From contig CANFOL010000005.1 of assembly GCA_947448695.1 (NCBI GenBank), positions 1-32,000 of the forward strand: a stretch of 32,000 nt of DNA, in the 5' to 3' direction. The notes beneath the pieces were generated by a model, which was not told the origin of the DNA, did no database searches, and saw nothing but the letters and a program-made list of their open reading frames with translations. Made by a program: the position numbers and the translations under genes. Source of the DNA: Burkholderiaceae bacterium. Lineage in GTDB: Bacteria; Pseudomonadota; Gammaproteobacteria; Burkholderiales; Burkholderiaceae. Below are positions 15,935-26,554 of this stretch, piece after piece. The first letter of the stretch is position 1, and each line of letters opens with the position of its first letter.

Positions 15935-16339
15935 ATGAGCGAGAAATATTCTATTGACCAAAATCCTCATAAGGGTAATAAAGGTCTTACAAGGGCTTTT
16001 CGGGCTACGGTGAACTCTTGGAACGGTCTTGTATTCGCGGTCCGCGAAGAAAGTGCCTTTCGTCAAGAACTAACACTTGCGAGCTTTTTGGTACCGATAA
16101 GTTTTATTTTGCCAGCTTCGCCAGCGGAACACATCATTTTATTTGGGTCAGTCATCCTAGTTTTGATTGTTGAGTTATTGAATTCAAGTGTGGAAGCAGC
16201 AATCGATCGTATCTCATTTGAAAAACATGGCCTCTCCCAGCGAGCTAAAGATTTTGGTAGCGCTGCAGTGATGCTAGCACTCATTTTGTGTTTTTTTTCT
16301 TGGGTTTGCATTTTAATACCCATCATTTCAAGATGGTAA
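15935..16339 (+). CDS. dgkA: Diacylglycerol kinase
   Basis: ELLNSSVEAAIDR motif and three TM segments. 134 aa from the ATG at 15935 (ORF open from 15902). Confidence 0.85.
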   Translation: MSEKYSIDQNPHKGNKGLTRAFRATVNSWNGLVFAVREESAFRQELTLASFLVPISFILPASPAEHIILFGSVILVLIVELLNSSVEAAIDRISFEKHGLSQRAKDFGSAAVMLALILCFFSWVCILIPIISRW

Positions 16340-16361
16340 TCAATCGAGCAAATTCTATGAA

Positions 16362-16395
16362 CTGTAATCTCTGTGACATTAAATTTAAATATAAT
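16362..16395 (+). promoter_or_regulatory. Pho-box-like element plus -10 hexamer upstream of the OlsB-like gene
   Basis: CTGTAAT-CTCT-GTGACAT (16362-16379), then 10 nt, then TATAAT (16390-16395). This is the geometry of E. coli PhoB-dependent promoters. Confidence 0.4.
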
Positions 16396-16421
16396 TATTA
16401 ACTAATTGAAGAGCTAAAACT

Positions 16422-17378
16422 ATGAAAGAAATTCCTAATCCTTTGCAGTCATTAAACTTACTCGGTGAAGAGATCACTACGAAAATAGCTGGCAAATTAA
16501 CTAGCAAGTTTTCAGAAATCCAAAAATTCAATCAATTTTCCAAGATTTTTCCTTTAAAAAAGAAGGCAAAATCAAAGAAGCGTTTAAAAAGAATTAAGGC
16601 CTTACGCAAAACTCTAGCAGAAACTCCAGTTGTAGCCCCAGCAATTAAAACTCAAAAGCAAAGTCCCATTCAAGTCTACGTTGCTCGTGATTTGAATGAG
16701 ATCAAAGAAGCGCAACGACTTCGCTATCGCGTGTTTGTCGAGGAAATGGGGGCTAGCTTGCCATTTAATGCTGAAGGTCTTGACGTTGATTATTTTGACG
16801 ACTATTGTGACCACCTCATTGTGCGTGACCGCGAAACTCTTCAAGTTGTGGGCACTTATCGAGTATTACCTCCCGAACAAGCAAAGATCATCGGGAGACT
16901 ATATTCTGAATCTGAGTTTGACTTAGCAAGACTTCAACATCTGTTACCAAAAACAGTAGAGATTGGTCGTTCATGCGTGCATGAAGATTATCGCTCGGGT
17001 GGGGTGATTATGGCTTTGTGGGCTGGGCTTGGCTCGTACATGAAACAACATGGTTACGAAATTATGTTGGGGTGTGCTAGCGTTCCTATGGGTGATGGTG
17101 GGCATTACGCTGCTAGCTTAAATCGTATTTTTCAAGAAAAATACCTATCCCCAATTGAGTACCGTACCTTTCCCAAACTCCCCTTACCTCTTGATAAATT
17201 AAACTCCACTCTAGATGTAGAACCGCCACCATTACTCAAGGGCTATTTAAGAGTTGGAGCAAAAATATGCGGCGAACCCGCCTGGGATCCTGACTTTAAT
17301 ACTGCAGACTTTTTAACGATGTTTAGACTATCGGACATCAATCGAAAATACGCTAAACACTTCTTAGCTGACCACTAA
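16422..17378 (+). CDS. olsB: GNAT-family N-acyltransferase (OlsB-like lyso-ornithine-lipid synthase family) with a basic N-terminal extension
   Basis: The core starting at IQVYVARDLNEIKEAQRLRYRVFVEEMGA is typical of Acetyltransf_5/OlsB proteins. The first ~82 aa are Lys-rich and lie outside the domain. Confidence 0.8.
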   Translation: MKEIPNPLQSLNLLGEEITTKIAGKLTSKFSEIQKFNQFSKIFPLKKKAKSKKRLKRIKALRKTLAETPVVAPAIKTQKQSPIQVYVARDLNEIKEAQRLRYRVFVEEMGASLPFNAEGLDVDYFDDYCDHLIVRDRETLQVVGTYRVLPPEQAKIIGRLYSESEFDLARLQHLLPKTVEIGRSCVHEDYRSGGVIMALWAGLGSYMKQHGYEIMLGCASVPMGDGGHYAASLNRIFQEKYLSPIEYRTFPKLPLPLDKLNSTLDVEPPPLLKGYLRVGAKICGEPAWDPDFNTADFLTMFRLSDINRKYAKHFLADH

Positions 17379-17387
17379 TAGAAGGCT

Positions 17388-18947
17388 TTAATATAGGTCA
17401 AGAATGTACTCACGATTGACCTTACTCCAGTCTTCTGCTTCTTTTTTAAGACTAAACTCAGTCAATGGATGATCATTCAACCATTTCTTTGGAATACTTA
17501 CTTTATAGCCATTAACTGTCTGCTGAACCAAGATATCAGGAATCTCTTCCTGGGTTCTTCTTCTCGCAAGAACTAAAGCTAAGCGCAAACAAAACAACAT
17601 CCGCCAATCAATAAAATTGTTACTCGATGATACTTTAGCCAGCTTGCCAATATGCCCTAATAGGAGAGCGGATAAACGCGCCTGGTCATTTTTGGAGAAT
17701 CCAGGCATATCGGCATTTGCCGATATATATGCTGAATGCTTGTGATAACCATTGTGAGAAATAGATAAACCAATTTCGTGTAACCTAGCAGCCCAACCTA
17801 ATAAGGAAAGATTATTAATTCGATCTTCATTTTCAGGCATTGGAAACTGCTCTAAAAATAATGTCGCTAATTGTTCAACGCGCATCGCTTGCTCAATATC
17901 AACTGAGTAACGCTTCATAAATTGCTCAACAGTGACAAAGCGCATATCATGGTGCTGCGCTCTACCAAGAAAGTCATACAAGACCCCCATGCGCAAAGCA
18001 GCTTCTACAATCTCCATTGAATCAATTCTTAATTCATCAAATGCAGCAATCATGATTGCTAAACCACCTGGCAAAACTAGACGACGATCCGGCTTGAGAC
18101 CGATTAATTTGGAAGACTGCATCGACTCCGACTCAATCAAAGAATGTTTCAGATTTTCTAAACCGTCTCGGGTAATCAGTCCACTCGAATCAAATCCAGC
18201 GTAACCGCCACTCATTCCATCAAAACCATTCAAAACAATCAGTTCCGCAATTGCTTTTGCCGTTCCTGAAGATCCAATCACTTGATCCCAGCCTTTTTTG
18301 CGATATTCTTTTGCCAAAATTTGAATCTCTTGCCGAGCTGCTAACTCGGCTTGCTTAAAACTATAACTATCCACTGCACCGTTTACAAAAAATTTCTGAC
18401 TATGAGATACACAACCTATATATAAAGACTCCATGAGTTTTGCTTCATATCCATGACCGATAATAAACTCGGTAGATCCGCCACCAACATCTATCACCAG
18501 CCGATTACCTGAGTTAGCTGGAGCACCGTGCGAAGCTCCAACATAGACCAAACGAGCTTCTTCACGCCCCGCAATCACCTCAATTGGAAAGCCCAAAGCA
18601 AGTTCAGCTTGCTGAATAAATTGAGAAGCATTTCTAGCAACACGAAGGGTATTAGTAGCTACAGCCCTCACCTGCATTGGAGAAAAACTACGTAAACGCT
18701 CACCAAATCGACGAATGGAACTAAGCCCTCTAGCAAATGCTTCTGCATCAAGATTTTTTTCACTGTCTAAGCCAGCAGCTAATTTAATGGAGTCTCTAAG
18801 AGTATCTACAGGACGCAACTGAAAACCAGAGGGGGTTTCCAAAATTTGCGCCACAACCATTCTAAAACTATTTGAGCCCAAATCAACCGAAGCAATTAAC
18901 TTAGGCTCTGATTCTTTGCTATTTGATGATTGCAGTTCGAAAGACAT
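17388..18947 (-). CDS. ppx: Exopolyphosphatase (Ppx/GppA family)
   Basis: N-terminal ASKHA motifs (DLGSNSFR, DVGGGSTE), a C-terminal HD-like domain, and a position divergent from ppk. Confidence 0.9.
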   Translation of the reverse strand: MSFELQSSNSKESEPKLIASVDLGSNSFRMVVAQILETPSGFQLRPVDTLRDSIKLAAGLDSEKNLDAEAFARGLSSIRRFGERLRSFSPMQVRAVATNTLRVARNASQFIQQAELALGFPIEVIAGREEARLVYVGASHGAPANSGNRLVIDVGGGSTEFIIGHGYEAKLMESLYIGCVSHSQKFFVNGAVDSYSFKQAELAARQEIQILAKEYRKKGWDQVIGSSGTAKAIAELIVLNGFDGMSGGYAGFDSSGLITRDGLENLKHSLIESESMQSSKLIGLKPDRRLVLPGGLAIMIAAFDELRIDSMEIVEAALRMGVLYDFLGRAQHHDMRFVTVEQFMKRYSVDIEQAMRVEQLATLFLEQFPMPENEDRINNLSLLGWAARLHEIGLSISHNGYHKHSAYISANADMPGFSKNDQARLSALLLGHIGKLAKVSSSNNFIDWRMLFCLRLALVLARRRTQEEIPDILVQQTVNGYKVSIPKKWLNDHPLTEFSLKKEAEDWSKVNREYILDLY

Positions 18948-19051
18948 ACCTTCTTATATATTTATATTCAATTAAATAATATTTCATTTTTATGATACTT
19001 TAATGAATTAATATCATCAAAATGAAATAAATAACTGAAACAATGATTTAA

Positions 19052-21139
19052 ATGCTAACTTCACATATTCCACTACTCAACCGAGAAATTGGTCTTTTAG
19101 AATTTAATTCTAGAGTATTGGCACAAGCTGAAGATATTTCCGTCCCCCTTCTTGAAAGACTTCGATATGTCTGTATTGTATCAAGTAATATGGATGAGTT
19201 TTTTGAAATTCGTATGGCAGGTCTCAAAGCACAATTAGAAGAAAATCCCAATAAAATTCTTGAAGATGGACTCAGTATCGAGGACGCTTATCAGAGAATT
19301 ACTGAATTTGCCCATATTTTAGTCCGTAAAAAGTATGCGCTTTTACGAGAAGACATCTTACCAGCACTTGCCGCAGAAAAGGTAATTTTTAAATATCCTT
19401 CAACATGGACTCCAAAACTTCATCAATGGGCTAGAGATTTTTTCCATCGTGAATTAGTGCCTTTATTAACTCCGATTGCGTTAGATCCTGCACATCCTTT
19501 TCCACGGGTGATTAATAAAAGTTTAAATTTTTTAGTTTCTCTTGATGGTAAAGACTCTTTTGGTCGAAGTGCTCACTTGGCTGTAGTCCAAGCACCTCGA
19601 TCTCTTCCTCGCGTCGTTAGAGTTCCAAAACAATTTGAACTTAAGGGAGAAACTTGCTTCATTTTACTTTCTTCCTTTATGCAAGCATTTGTGGGAGAGC
19701 TTTTTCCAGGTATTACAGTATCTGGCTGTTACCAATTTAGAATCACTCGAAATTCCGATCTTTTCGTTTCAGAAGATGACATTACAGACCTAAGAAGCGC
19801 CTTGCAGGGAGAGCTGCCAACTCGCCACCTTGGAGATGCCGTCCGCTTAGAAATCAACGCCAGCACTCCAGATAAGCTCGTTGAGAGAATCTTAAATGAA
19901 TCCAACCTTCAAGAGTCAGATTGTTATCGTGTTAACGGCCCTGTCAATTTAGTGAGATTAGTTCAAATCCCTGAATTAATCGATCGACCTGATTTGAAGT
20001 TTATGGTGGCCACACCACAATACCCCTCAGTTTTCATACAAGATCAATCTATTTTCGAAACGATTAGTAAGACAGATATTCTTCTGCATCACCCCTATGA
20101 AAGCTTTGAACCGGTTTTAGAGTTTCTTCGGCAAGCAGCTAGAGACCCTGAAGTTCTTGCAATTAAACAAACTGTCTATCGCACGGGCGATGAGTCACTC
20201 GTCATGGATGCATTGATGGAGGCGGCAAGAAATGGCAAAGAAGTCACCGTTGTAGTTGAACTGTTAGCGAGGTTTGATGAACAAACAAATATGCAATGGG
20301 CAGCTAAATTAGAAGCCGTCGGAGCGCACGTAATCTACGGTGTTGTTGGGCATAAATGCCATGCCAAAATGCTACTAATTGTTCGACGTGAATCTGTTAA
20401 GGGTCCTAGGGGTAAAAATAAATCCATTCTTAAACGTTATGCTCATTTAGGCACAGGTAACTACCATCCTCGTACCGCCAAACTCTATACCGACTTTGGC
20501 ATCTTAACGGCTCATGAACAAATTACTTCAGATGTCCATTTCGTGTTTCAGCAATTGACCGGCACTGGTAAACAAATTGCTTTATCACATCTATGGCAGT
20601 CACCCTTTACGATGCAAGAACAGATTATTAAGCACATCAGGGCAGAGACTAGGGCTGCAAAAGCAGGCAAAAAAGCTTATATCATTGCCAAAATGAATGC
20701 TCTTTTAGAGCCTAGTGTCATTCAAGAACTTTATCGAGCATCTCAAGCTGGTGTCAAAATTGACCTCATTATTCGGGGTGTTTGCGCTCTCATGCCTGGA
20801 GTGCCAGGACTATCTGACAATATTAAAGTACGATCCATTATTGGGCGCTTTTTAGAGCATCACCGAATATATTACTTTTATGCCAACGGTCTAGAGGAAG
20901 TCTATTTATCCAGCGCTGATTGGATGGATCGTAATTTATATCGTCGTGTTGAAGTTGCATTTCCTATTCTTAACCCACGAATGAAGGGGCGAGTCATCTC
21001 TGAAGGTCTTAAGGCACTTCTTAAAGACAATCAAGCTGCTTGGATCATGCAGCAAGAGGGGCATTATCAAAAAATCAAATCAAAGAGTAAACATCCTTTT
21101 AACGCGCAACTAGAACTTCTCAAAATGATTCAAGGATAG
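19052..21139 (+). CDS. ppk: Polyphosphate kinase 1
   Basis: LNREIGLLEFNSRVL N-terminus, the autophosphorylated-His region HAKMLLIVRRE, and PLD-like C-domains. 695 aa. Confidence 0.95.
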   Translation: MLTSHIPLLNREIGLLEFNSRVLAQAEDISVPLLERLRYVCIVSSNMDEFFEIRMAGLKAQLEENPNKILEDGLSIEDAYQRITEFAHILVRKKYALLREDILPALAAEKVIFKYPSTWTPKLHQWARDFFHRELVPLLTPIALDPAHPFPRVINKSLNFLVSLDGKDSFGRSAHLAVVQAPRSLPRVVRVPKQFELKGETCFILLSSFMQAFVGELFPGITVSGCYQFRITRNSDLFVSEDDITDLRSALQGELPTRHLGDAVRLEINASTPDKLVERILNESNLQESDCYRVNGPVNLVRLVQIPELIDRPDLKFMVATPQYPSVFIQDQSIFETISKTDILLHHPYESFEPVLEFLRQAARDPEVLAIKQTVYRTGDESLVMDALMEAARNGKEVTVVVELLARFDEQTNMQWAAKLEAVGAHVIYGVVGHKCHAKMLLIVRRESVKGPRGKNKSILKRYAHLGTGNYHPRTAKLYTDFGILTAHEQITSDVHFVFQQLTGTGKQIALSHLWQSPFTMQEQIIKHIRAETRAAKAGKKAYIIAKMNALLEPSVIQELYRASQAGVKIDLIIRGVCALMPGVPGLSDNIKVRSIIGRFLEHHRIYYFYANGLEEVYLSSADWMDRNLYRRVEVAFPILNPRMKGRVISEGLKALLKDNQAAWIMQQEGHYQKIKSKSKHPFNAQLELLKMIQG

Positions 21140-21140
21140 A

Positions 21141-22460
21141 TCAAGCTAGCTCTTTAACTTCTGCTGTATTCACACGATCTTTATTAAACATAATAGAAAA
21201 AACACTACCAACCCCTAAGGTACTTTCGATATTCAATACAGCTGAATGACGCATAGCAACGTGTTTAACAATCGCCAACCCTAAACCCGTTCCTCCTGTA
21301 TCACGTGATCGACTTCGATCAACTCGATAAAATCGCTCAGTAACACGAGCAATATGCTCCGGAGCGATACCAATACCAGTATCGCTCACAGAGTAAATTG
21401 CCCCACCATCTTGGACATCCTCCCAACATACATGAATCGTACCGCCCTCAGGGGTATAACGAATAGCATTGGTAAGCAAGTTACCAAATGCAGAAAATAA
21501 CTCACTTTCTGCACCTAAAATGTTTTTCTTGGACATTACAGATAGCCGAATAATGTGATTACCATTGGATAAACTTTTACCATCATCAACAATCCGTTGC
21601 ATCAAATCAGCGATTTTTACTACTGATGTTTTCGGTGAAATGGGACTACTATCTAGTCTTGTCAGAATCAACAACTCCTCAACCAAAGTCAACATTCGTG
21701 AGGATTGTGTACTCATCAAATTGATATATTTTTTTCTTTCAACCTCGGTAAGCTGTAAATCTCGCACAGTCTCTAAAAATCCATTTAAAACTGTCAATGG
21801 GGTACGTAACTCGTGCGAGACATTAGCAACAAAATCTTGGCGAATAGATTCATTTCTTTTCAGAATAGTGACATCTTGGCTCAGTAATAATTTTCGGTTT
21901 TCGCCGTAGGGAAAGACTTGCAGTAACAGCATCAAATTGCCATTCACGCCCATGAAGTCTAAATTTAAGGGTTGAGTAAAGTTAGCCTTACTCATATACC
22001 TTACAAAATCTGGATGCCTTAACAAAAAAGTAATCGGCTGGCGTGCATCTCGCATTGGATCAATACGCAAATGTTCCTTACAAATATTGCTGCACCATTC
22101 AATGTGATCTTCCTGATCTAACATCACAAGACCATTTGGTGATGCTTGCACAGCCTGAATAAAGCGTTTGTACTCTAATTCAGAATGCAGAATTTCTTGT
22201 CGCCAATCTTTAGCTTTTATCTCTAAATTTGAAAAAATTTCTTGCCAAATTCCTAAACCACGGCGATGACCTATCAGATCGTCATCTTTTAATACTTTTA
22301 AAAGACGATACTGGTTCCAGGATTGATATAAGATACAAAGAACCAGTAGAAAAATACTGAAATAAAGAGCGTATGTAGCCGAAAAAAAATGGGCCCAAAC
22401 TGCACTAAGCAGAAATATAGACCCTAAAAAATAAATTGCACGAAGCCCCATGAATATCAT
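21141..22460 (-). CDS. phoR: Phosphate regulon sensor histidine kinase
   Basis: N-terminal TM hairpin, PAS-like region, H-box SHELRTPLT, and N/G boxes. It lies downstream of phoB. Confidence 0.9.
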   Translation of the reverse strand: MIFMGLRAIYFLGSIFLLSAVWAHFFSATYALYFSIFLLVLCILYQSWNQYRLLKVLKDDDLIGHRRGLGIWQEIFSNLEIKAKDWRQEILHSELEYKRFIQAVQASPNGLVMLDQEDHIEWCSNICKEHLRIDPMRDARQPITFLLRHPDFVRYMSKANFTQPLNLDFMGVNGNLMLLLQVFPYGENRKLLLSQDVTILKRNESIRQDFVANVSHELRTPLTVLNGFLETVRDLQLTEVERKKYINLMSTQSSRMLTLVEELLILTRLDSSPISPKTSVVKIADLMQRIVDDGKSLSNGNHIIRLSVMSKKNILGAESELFSAFGNLLTNAIRYTPEGGTIHVCWEDVQDGGAIYSVSDTGIGIAPEHIARVTERFYRVDRSRSRDTGGTGLGLAIVKHVAMRHSAVLNIESTLGVGSVFSIMFNKDRVNTAEVKELA

Positions 22461-22473
22461 GGCAGCTATTATT

Positions 22474-23187
22474 TCACGAAACGAGTGAAGGGGTGCGAGT
22501 TAAGCGATAACCACTGCCTCGGACAGTTTCAATCATTGCATCACAACCAACTGGAGCCAAGGCAGCGCGTAAACGCTTAATATGCACATCGACGGTTCTT
22601 TCTTCAACAAATACGTGATCTCCCCATACCTTGTCTAAAAGTTGACCGCGCGCATGAACGCGCTCTGGATTTGCCATTAAAAACCGTAAAAGTCTAAATT
22701 CTGTTGGACCAAGTTCGATTTTTTGTATTTCATCATGACTCTGAAAAGTCACACGATGTGTTGTTGGATCTAACTTCAATGCATTGATTTCAATTACTTC
22801 ATCTGTTAATTGCGGTGATTTACGGCGCAAAACAGCACGAATTCTTGCAATTAACTCTTTTGGAGAAAAAGGCTTTGTTAAATAATCATCAGCGCCAGCA
22901 TCTAAACCAGCAATCTTATCCATCTCTTCAGTACGCGCTGTCAAAAATATAATTGGTATATCTTTCGTACGATCATTATTACGTAAATCTTTTGCAAATT
23001 GAATACCAGATTTACCAGGAAGCATCCAATCTAAAACAATTAAATCAGGCAAAACTTCTCTCATTAGCATCATCGCTTGATCAGCTTGAAACGCTCTGAT
23101 AGGTAAAAAACCTTCATGGCTCAAGTTGACAGAAATGAGCTCCGCAATGGATGGTTCATCTTCTACGATTAGTATGCTACTTGCCAT
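22474..23187 (-). CDS. phoB: Phosphate regulon response regulator
   Basis: Receiver domain (ILIVEDE, DLIVLDWMLPG) plus an OmpR-type winged helix. It sits between phoU and phoR. Confidence 0.93.
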   Translation of the reverse strand: MASSILIVEDEPSIAELISVNLSHEGFLPIRAFQADQAMMLMREVLPDLIVLDWMLPGKSGIQFAKDLRNNDRTKDIPIIFLTARTEEMDKIAGLDAGADDYLTKPFSPKELIARIRAVLRRKSPQLTDEVIEINALKLDPTTHRVTFQSHDEIQKIELGPTEFRLLRFLMANPERVHARGQLLDKVWGDHVFVEERTVDVHIKRLRAALAPVGCDAMIETVRGSGYRLTRTPSLVS

Positions 23188-23188
23188 A

Positions 23189-23893
23189 TTATTTATTCGC
23201 TTCTTGTATTAATTGTTCACGAGGCAAATGTCTAACATCCATGCCTTTATCCACATAAATCACAAACTCAGAAATGTTTTTAGCATGATCGCCAATTCTT
23301 TCTACTGCTTTTGCAATAAACAAAATTTCTAGTGCAGTGGAAATAATACGCGGATCTTCACTCATGTAAGAGTTTAATTTACGTACAAATCCACGGAACT
23401 CGTTATCAATCTCAATATCATCTGAAACAATCTTTGCCGCTGCTTTAGAATCCATTCTAGCAAATGCATCTAATGAACGACGCAATAAACCCAAAGCCAT
23501 TTGACCAGCAATCCGAATTTCAGCAACATTAATTTGGTATGGTGCGTTTACTTCAACAATCTTCTTAATACGCGCCGCAATATGATCAGCCTCATCGCCT
23601 ACACGTTCAAGATTTGAAATTGCTTTTGCAATTGCTAAAACTAATCGTAAATCCTTTGCCGTCGGTTGGCGACGTGCCAAAATTTCAGCACAATCTTTAT
23701 CAATATTAATCTCAAAATCATTCACTTCTTTTTCTCTAGCTAAAACTTCGGACGCTAACTCAGCGTCCATTGTTGAGAATGCTTTCATCGCATTAGCGAC
23801 TTGAGATTCAACTAAGCCACCCATCTCTAGTAGGCGGGCATTAAGCCCATTTAAATCGGCATCATATTGTGAAGATAGATGTTTTTCAGTCAT
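23189..23893 (-). CDS. phoU: Phosphate signalling complex protein PhoU
   Basis: Duplicated PhoU repeats with ERVGD/ERIGDHA motifs. It lies downstream of pstB. Confidence 0.95.
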   Translation of the reverse strand: MTEKHLSSQYDADLNGLNARLLEMGGLVESQVANAMKAFSTMDAELASEVLAREKEVNDFEINIDKDCAEILARRQPTAKDLRLVLAIAKAISNLERVGDEADHIAARIKKIVEVNAPYQINVAEIRIAGQMALGLLRRSLDAFARMDSKAAAKIVSDDIEIDNEFRGFVRKLNSYMSEDPRIISTALEILFIAKAVERIGDHAKNISEFVIYVDKGMDVRHLPREQLIQEANK

Positions 23894-23918
23894 GTCGTTC
23901 TCCTATATCCGTAATTAA

Positions 23919-24695
23919 TTAACCAAAACGACCAGTAATATAATCTTCTGTTTCTTTACGATCTGGCTTTAAGAAAATTTGCTTTGTTTCGTTAAATTCA
24001 ATTAATTCACCAAGATACATAAACGCCGTAAAGTCAGAAACACGCGCAGCTTGTTGCATGTTATGCGTAACAATAGCTACCGTGTAGTCATTTTTCAATT
24101 CATGAACCAACTCTTCTACTTTACCTGTAGAAATTGGATCAAGAGCAGACGTTGGCTCATCAAGTAAAAGTACGGATGGCTTAACAGCGACTCCCCTAGC
24201 AATACACAAACGTTGCTGTTGTCCACCAGACAAAGATAAACCACTTTGGTTCAATTTATCTTTGACTTCGCTCCATAATGCAGCCTTATTTAAAGCCCAC
24301 TCAACACGCTCATCCATATCAGCTTTGTTTAAGTTCTCATACAACTTTACACCAAAAGCAATGTTGTCATAAATCGACATTGGGAACGGGGTGGGCTTTT
24401 GGAAAATCATACCAACTTTGGATCGCAATAAGTTGAGATCGCGCTCTTTATCTAGAATATTTTCACCATACAAATTAATTTCACCCTCGGCACGTTGCCC
24501 TGGATATAAATCATACATACGATTAAAGGTTCGCAATAAAGTGGATTTACCACATCCTGAGGGTCCAATGAATGCAGTAACTTTATTTTCTGCGATATTT
24601 AAATTAATACTTTTCAGGCCTTTAAATTTGCCGTAAAAGAAATCTAAATTCCGAACTTCAATAGCGTTTTTCAAATTAGATGTTTCTGGCGTCAT
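23919..24695 (-). CDS. pstB: Phosphate ABC transporter ATP-binding protein
   Basis: [29 protein letters not shown]. Confidence 0.95.
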   Translation of the reverse strand: MTPETSNLKNAIEVRNLDFFYGKFKGLKSINLNIAENKVTAFIGPSGCGKSTLLRTFNRMYDLYPGQRAEGEINLYGENILDKERDLNLLRSKVGMIFQKPTPFPMSIYDNIAFGVKLYENLNKADMDERVEWALNKAALWSEVKDKLNQSGLSLSGGQQQRLCIARGVAVKPSVLLLDEPTSALDPISTGKVEELVHELKNDYTVAIVTHNMQQAARVSDFTAFMYLGELIEFNETKQIFLKPDRKETEDYITGRFG

Positions 24696-25534
24696 GATTT
24701 CTCTCTAAAAAATACGCGGGCAAGGATATTTAGGCCCAACACAGTTAAAGTAATAAGTAATGCTCCACCCCAAGCTAAATTTACCCAGTTTTCGTATGGA
24801 CTTAAAGCGAATTGATAAATTACCACTGGTAAATTAGCCATCGGCTTATTCATGTCAGTGCTAAAGAATTGGTTGTTAAGAGCGGTAAATAGTAATGGTG
24901 CGGTTTCTCCACTCACGCGTGCTACTGCCAATAAAATGCCAGTCATCACACCACTTTTTGCAGCTCTTAGAATCACTGAAAATGATACTTTCCACTTTGG
25001 CGCGCCTAAAGCGTAAGCTGCTTCGCGCAGCGTTCCCGGAACTAAACGTAGCATGTTTTCAGTAGTTTTCAAGATCACAGGTACTGCTAGCAAGGAAAGT
25101 GCCATGGTTCCTGCCCAACCAGAAAAATGCTTCACCTGAGATACCAGGATTGCGTAGACAAAAAGACCAATCACAATCGATGGAGCTGACAACATAATGT
25201 CAGTCACAAATCGTGTAATGCCTGCAATCTTGCTGCGATCGCCATATTCAGCCATGAAGATACCAGCCAAAACACCAATGGGTGTACTAATTAATGTACA
25301 TGAGGCAACCATCATCAGCGACCCAACCATAGCATTAGCAAGTCCACCACCATCAGACCCCGCAGCTGGAGTGCTTTGTGTGAAGAAATTTCCACTTAAG
25401 GCAGCAAAACCTTTTGAAAATAGAATGAATAAAATCCATAAAAGCACAGCCATTCCAATAGTCATAGCAAGCATCGAAAGGGTTAACCCAATCTTATTTG
25501 TGCGCTTCCTTCTGTTGTAGATTCCGATATCCAT
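24692..25534 (-). CDS. pstA: Phosphate ABC transporter permease PstA
   Basis: Six-TM permease with an EAA-like loop ([12 protein letters not shown]). It overlaps pstB by 4 nt. Confidence 0.92.
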   Translation of the reverse strand: MDIGIYNRRKRTNKIGLTLSMLAMTIGMAVLLWILFILFSKGFAALSGNFFTQSTPAAGSDGGGLANAMVGSLMMVASCTLISTPIGVLAGIFMAEYGDRSKIAGITRFVTDIMLSAPSIVIGLFVYAILVSQVKHFSGWAGTMALSLLAVPVILKTTENMLRLVPGTLREAAYALGAPKWKVSFSVILRAAKSGVMTGILLAVARVSGETAPLLFTALNNQFFSTDMNKPMANLPVVIYQFALSPYENWVNLAWGGALLITLTVLGLNILARVFFREKS

Positions 25535-25537
25535 AAA

Positions 25538-26536
25538 TTAACTCTTCACTCCCTTTTGTTTTTCCATTCTTACCAGCATCAGCTTCGCAGCTGAAAGCAC
25601 AATGAAGGTGATGATGAAGAGTGCTAAGCCTAAGGCAAATAATGAAGCGTAATGTAAACCTGGCTCTGCTTCACCAAACTCGTTTGCAAGTGTGGATGCT
25701 ATGGATGAACCAGGAGAAAATAAAGAGGCTCTAATTCGATGTGCGTTACCGATTACGAATGTCACTGCCATCGTCTCACCGAGGGCGCGACCCAGCCCTA
25801 GCATTACTCCACCAACAACACCAGCTTGGGTGTATGGCAAAACAATTCGTGTTACAACCTCCCAAGTCGTACAACCGATTCCATATGCAGACTCTTTCAA
25901 TACTGGCGGCACGATCTCAAATACATCACGCATTACAGATGTAATAAACGGCACAACCATGAAGGCCAAAATTAAAGCTGCACACAGCAGTCCAATTCCG
26001 TTGGGTGCACCCTGAAATAAAGCTCCAATCACTGGCACACGACCAATCGTATCCGTCAAAAATGGCTGCACATAAGTTGCGAATAATGGCGCAAAAACAA
26101 ATAAACCAAACATGCCGTAGATAATTGAAGGAACCGCTGCGAGTAATTCAACTGCAGTTCCTAAAGGACGGCGTAACCAATTGGGGCACATTTCAGTTAA
26201 AAATACTGCAATACCAAAACTCAACGGAACTGCAATCAATAAAGCTAATGTGGCCGTTACTAAAGTTCCGTAAATAGAGGTTAAGCCGCCAAACTTTTGA
26301 TTAACCACATCCCATTCAGAACTAAAGAAAAAACCAGGGCCAAACTCTTTTAAAGCAGGCCAAGATGCAATGATTAATGAAATTAAAATTCCGGCTAAAA
26401 CAATCAAAACAAGAGATGCGAAAAATAAAGTTACTTTATGGAAAATAAAGTCTTGCATTTTTTGATTACGTACAATTTTTGCCATTTCAGGCGTGAGTTG
26501 TATTCCAGAGGACATACTAGTCATTTTATTTTCCAT
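25538..26536 (-). CDS. pstC: Phosphate ABC transporter permease PstC
   Basis: Permease with [14 protein letters not shown]. It sits between pstS and pstA. Confidence 0.92.
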   Translation of the reverse strand: MENKMTSMSSGIQLTPEMAKIVRNQKMQDFIFHKVTLFFASLVLIVLAGILISLIIASWPALKEFGPGFFFSSEWDVVNQKFGGLTSIYGTLVTATLALLIAVPLSFGIAVFLTEMCPNWLRRPLGTAVELLAAVPSIIYGMFGLFVFAPLFATYVQPFLTDTIGRVPVIGALFQGAPNGIGLLCAALILAFMVVPFITSVMRDVFEIVPPVLKESAYGIGCTTWEVVTRIVLPYTQAGVVGGVMLGLGRALGETMAVTFVIGNAHRIRASLFSPGSSIASTLANEFGEAEPGLHYASLFALGLALFIITFIVLSAAKLMLVRMEKQKGVKS

Positions 26537-26554
26537 AAAAAACTGTTATCAAAG

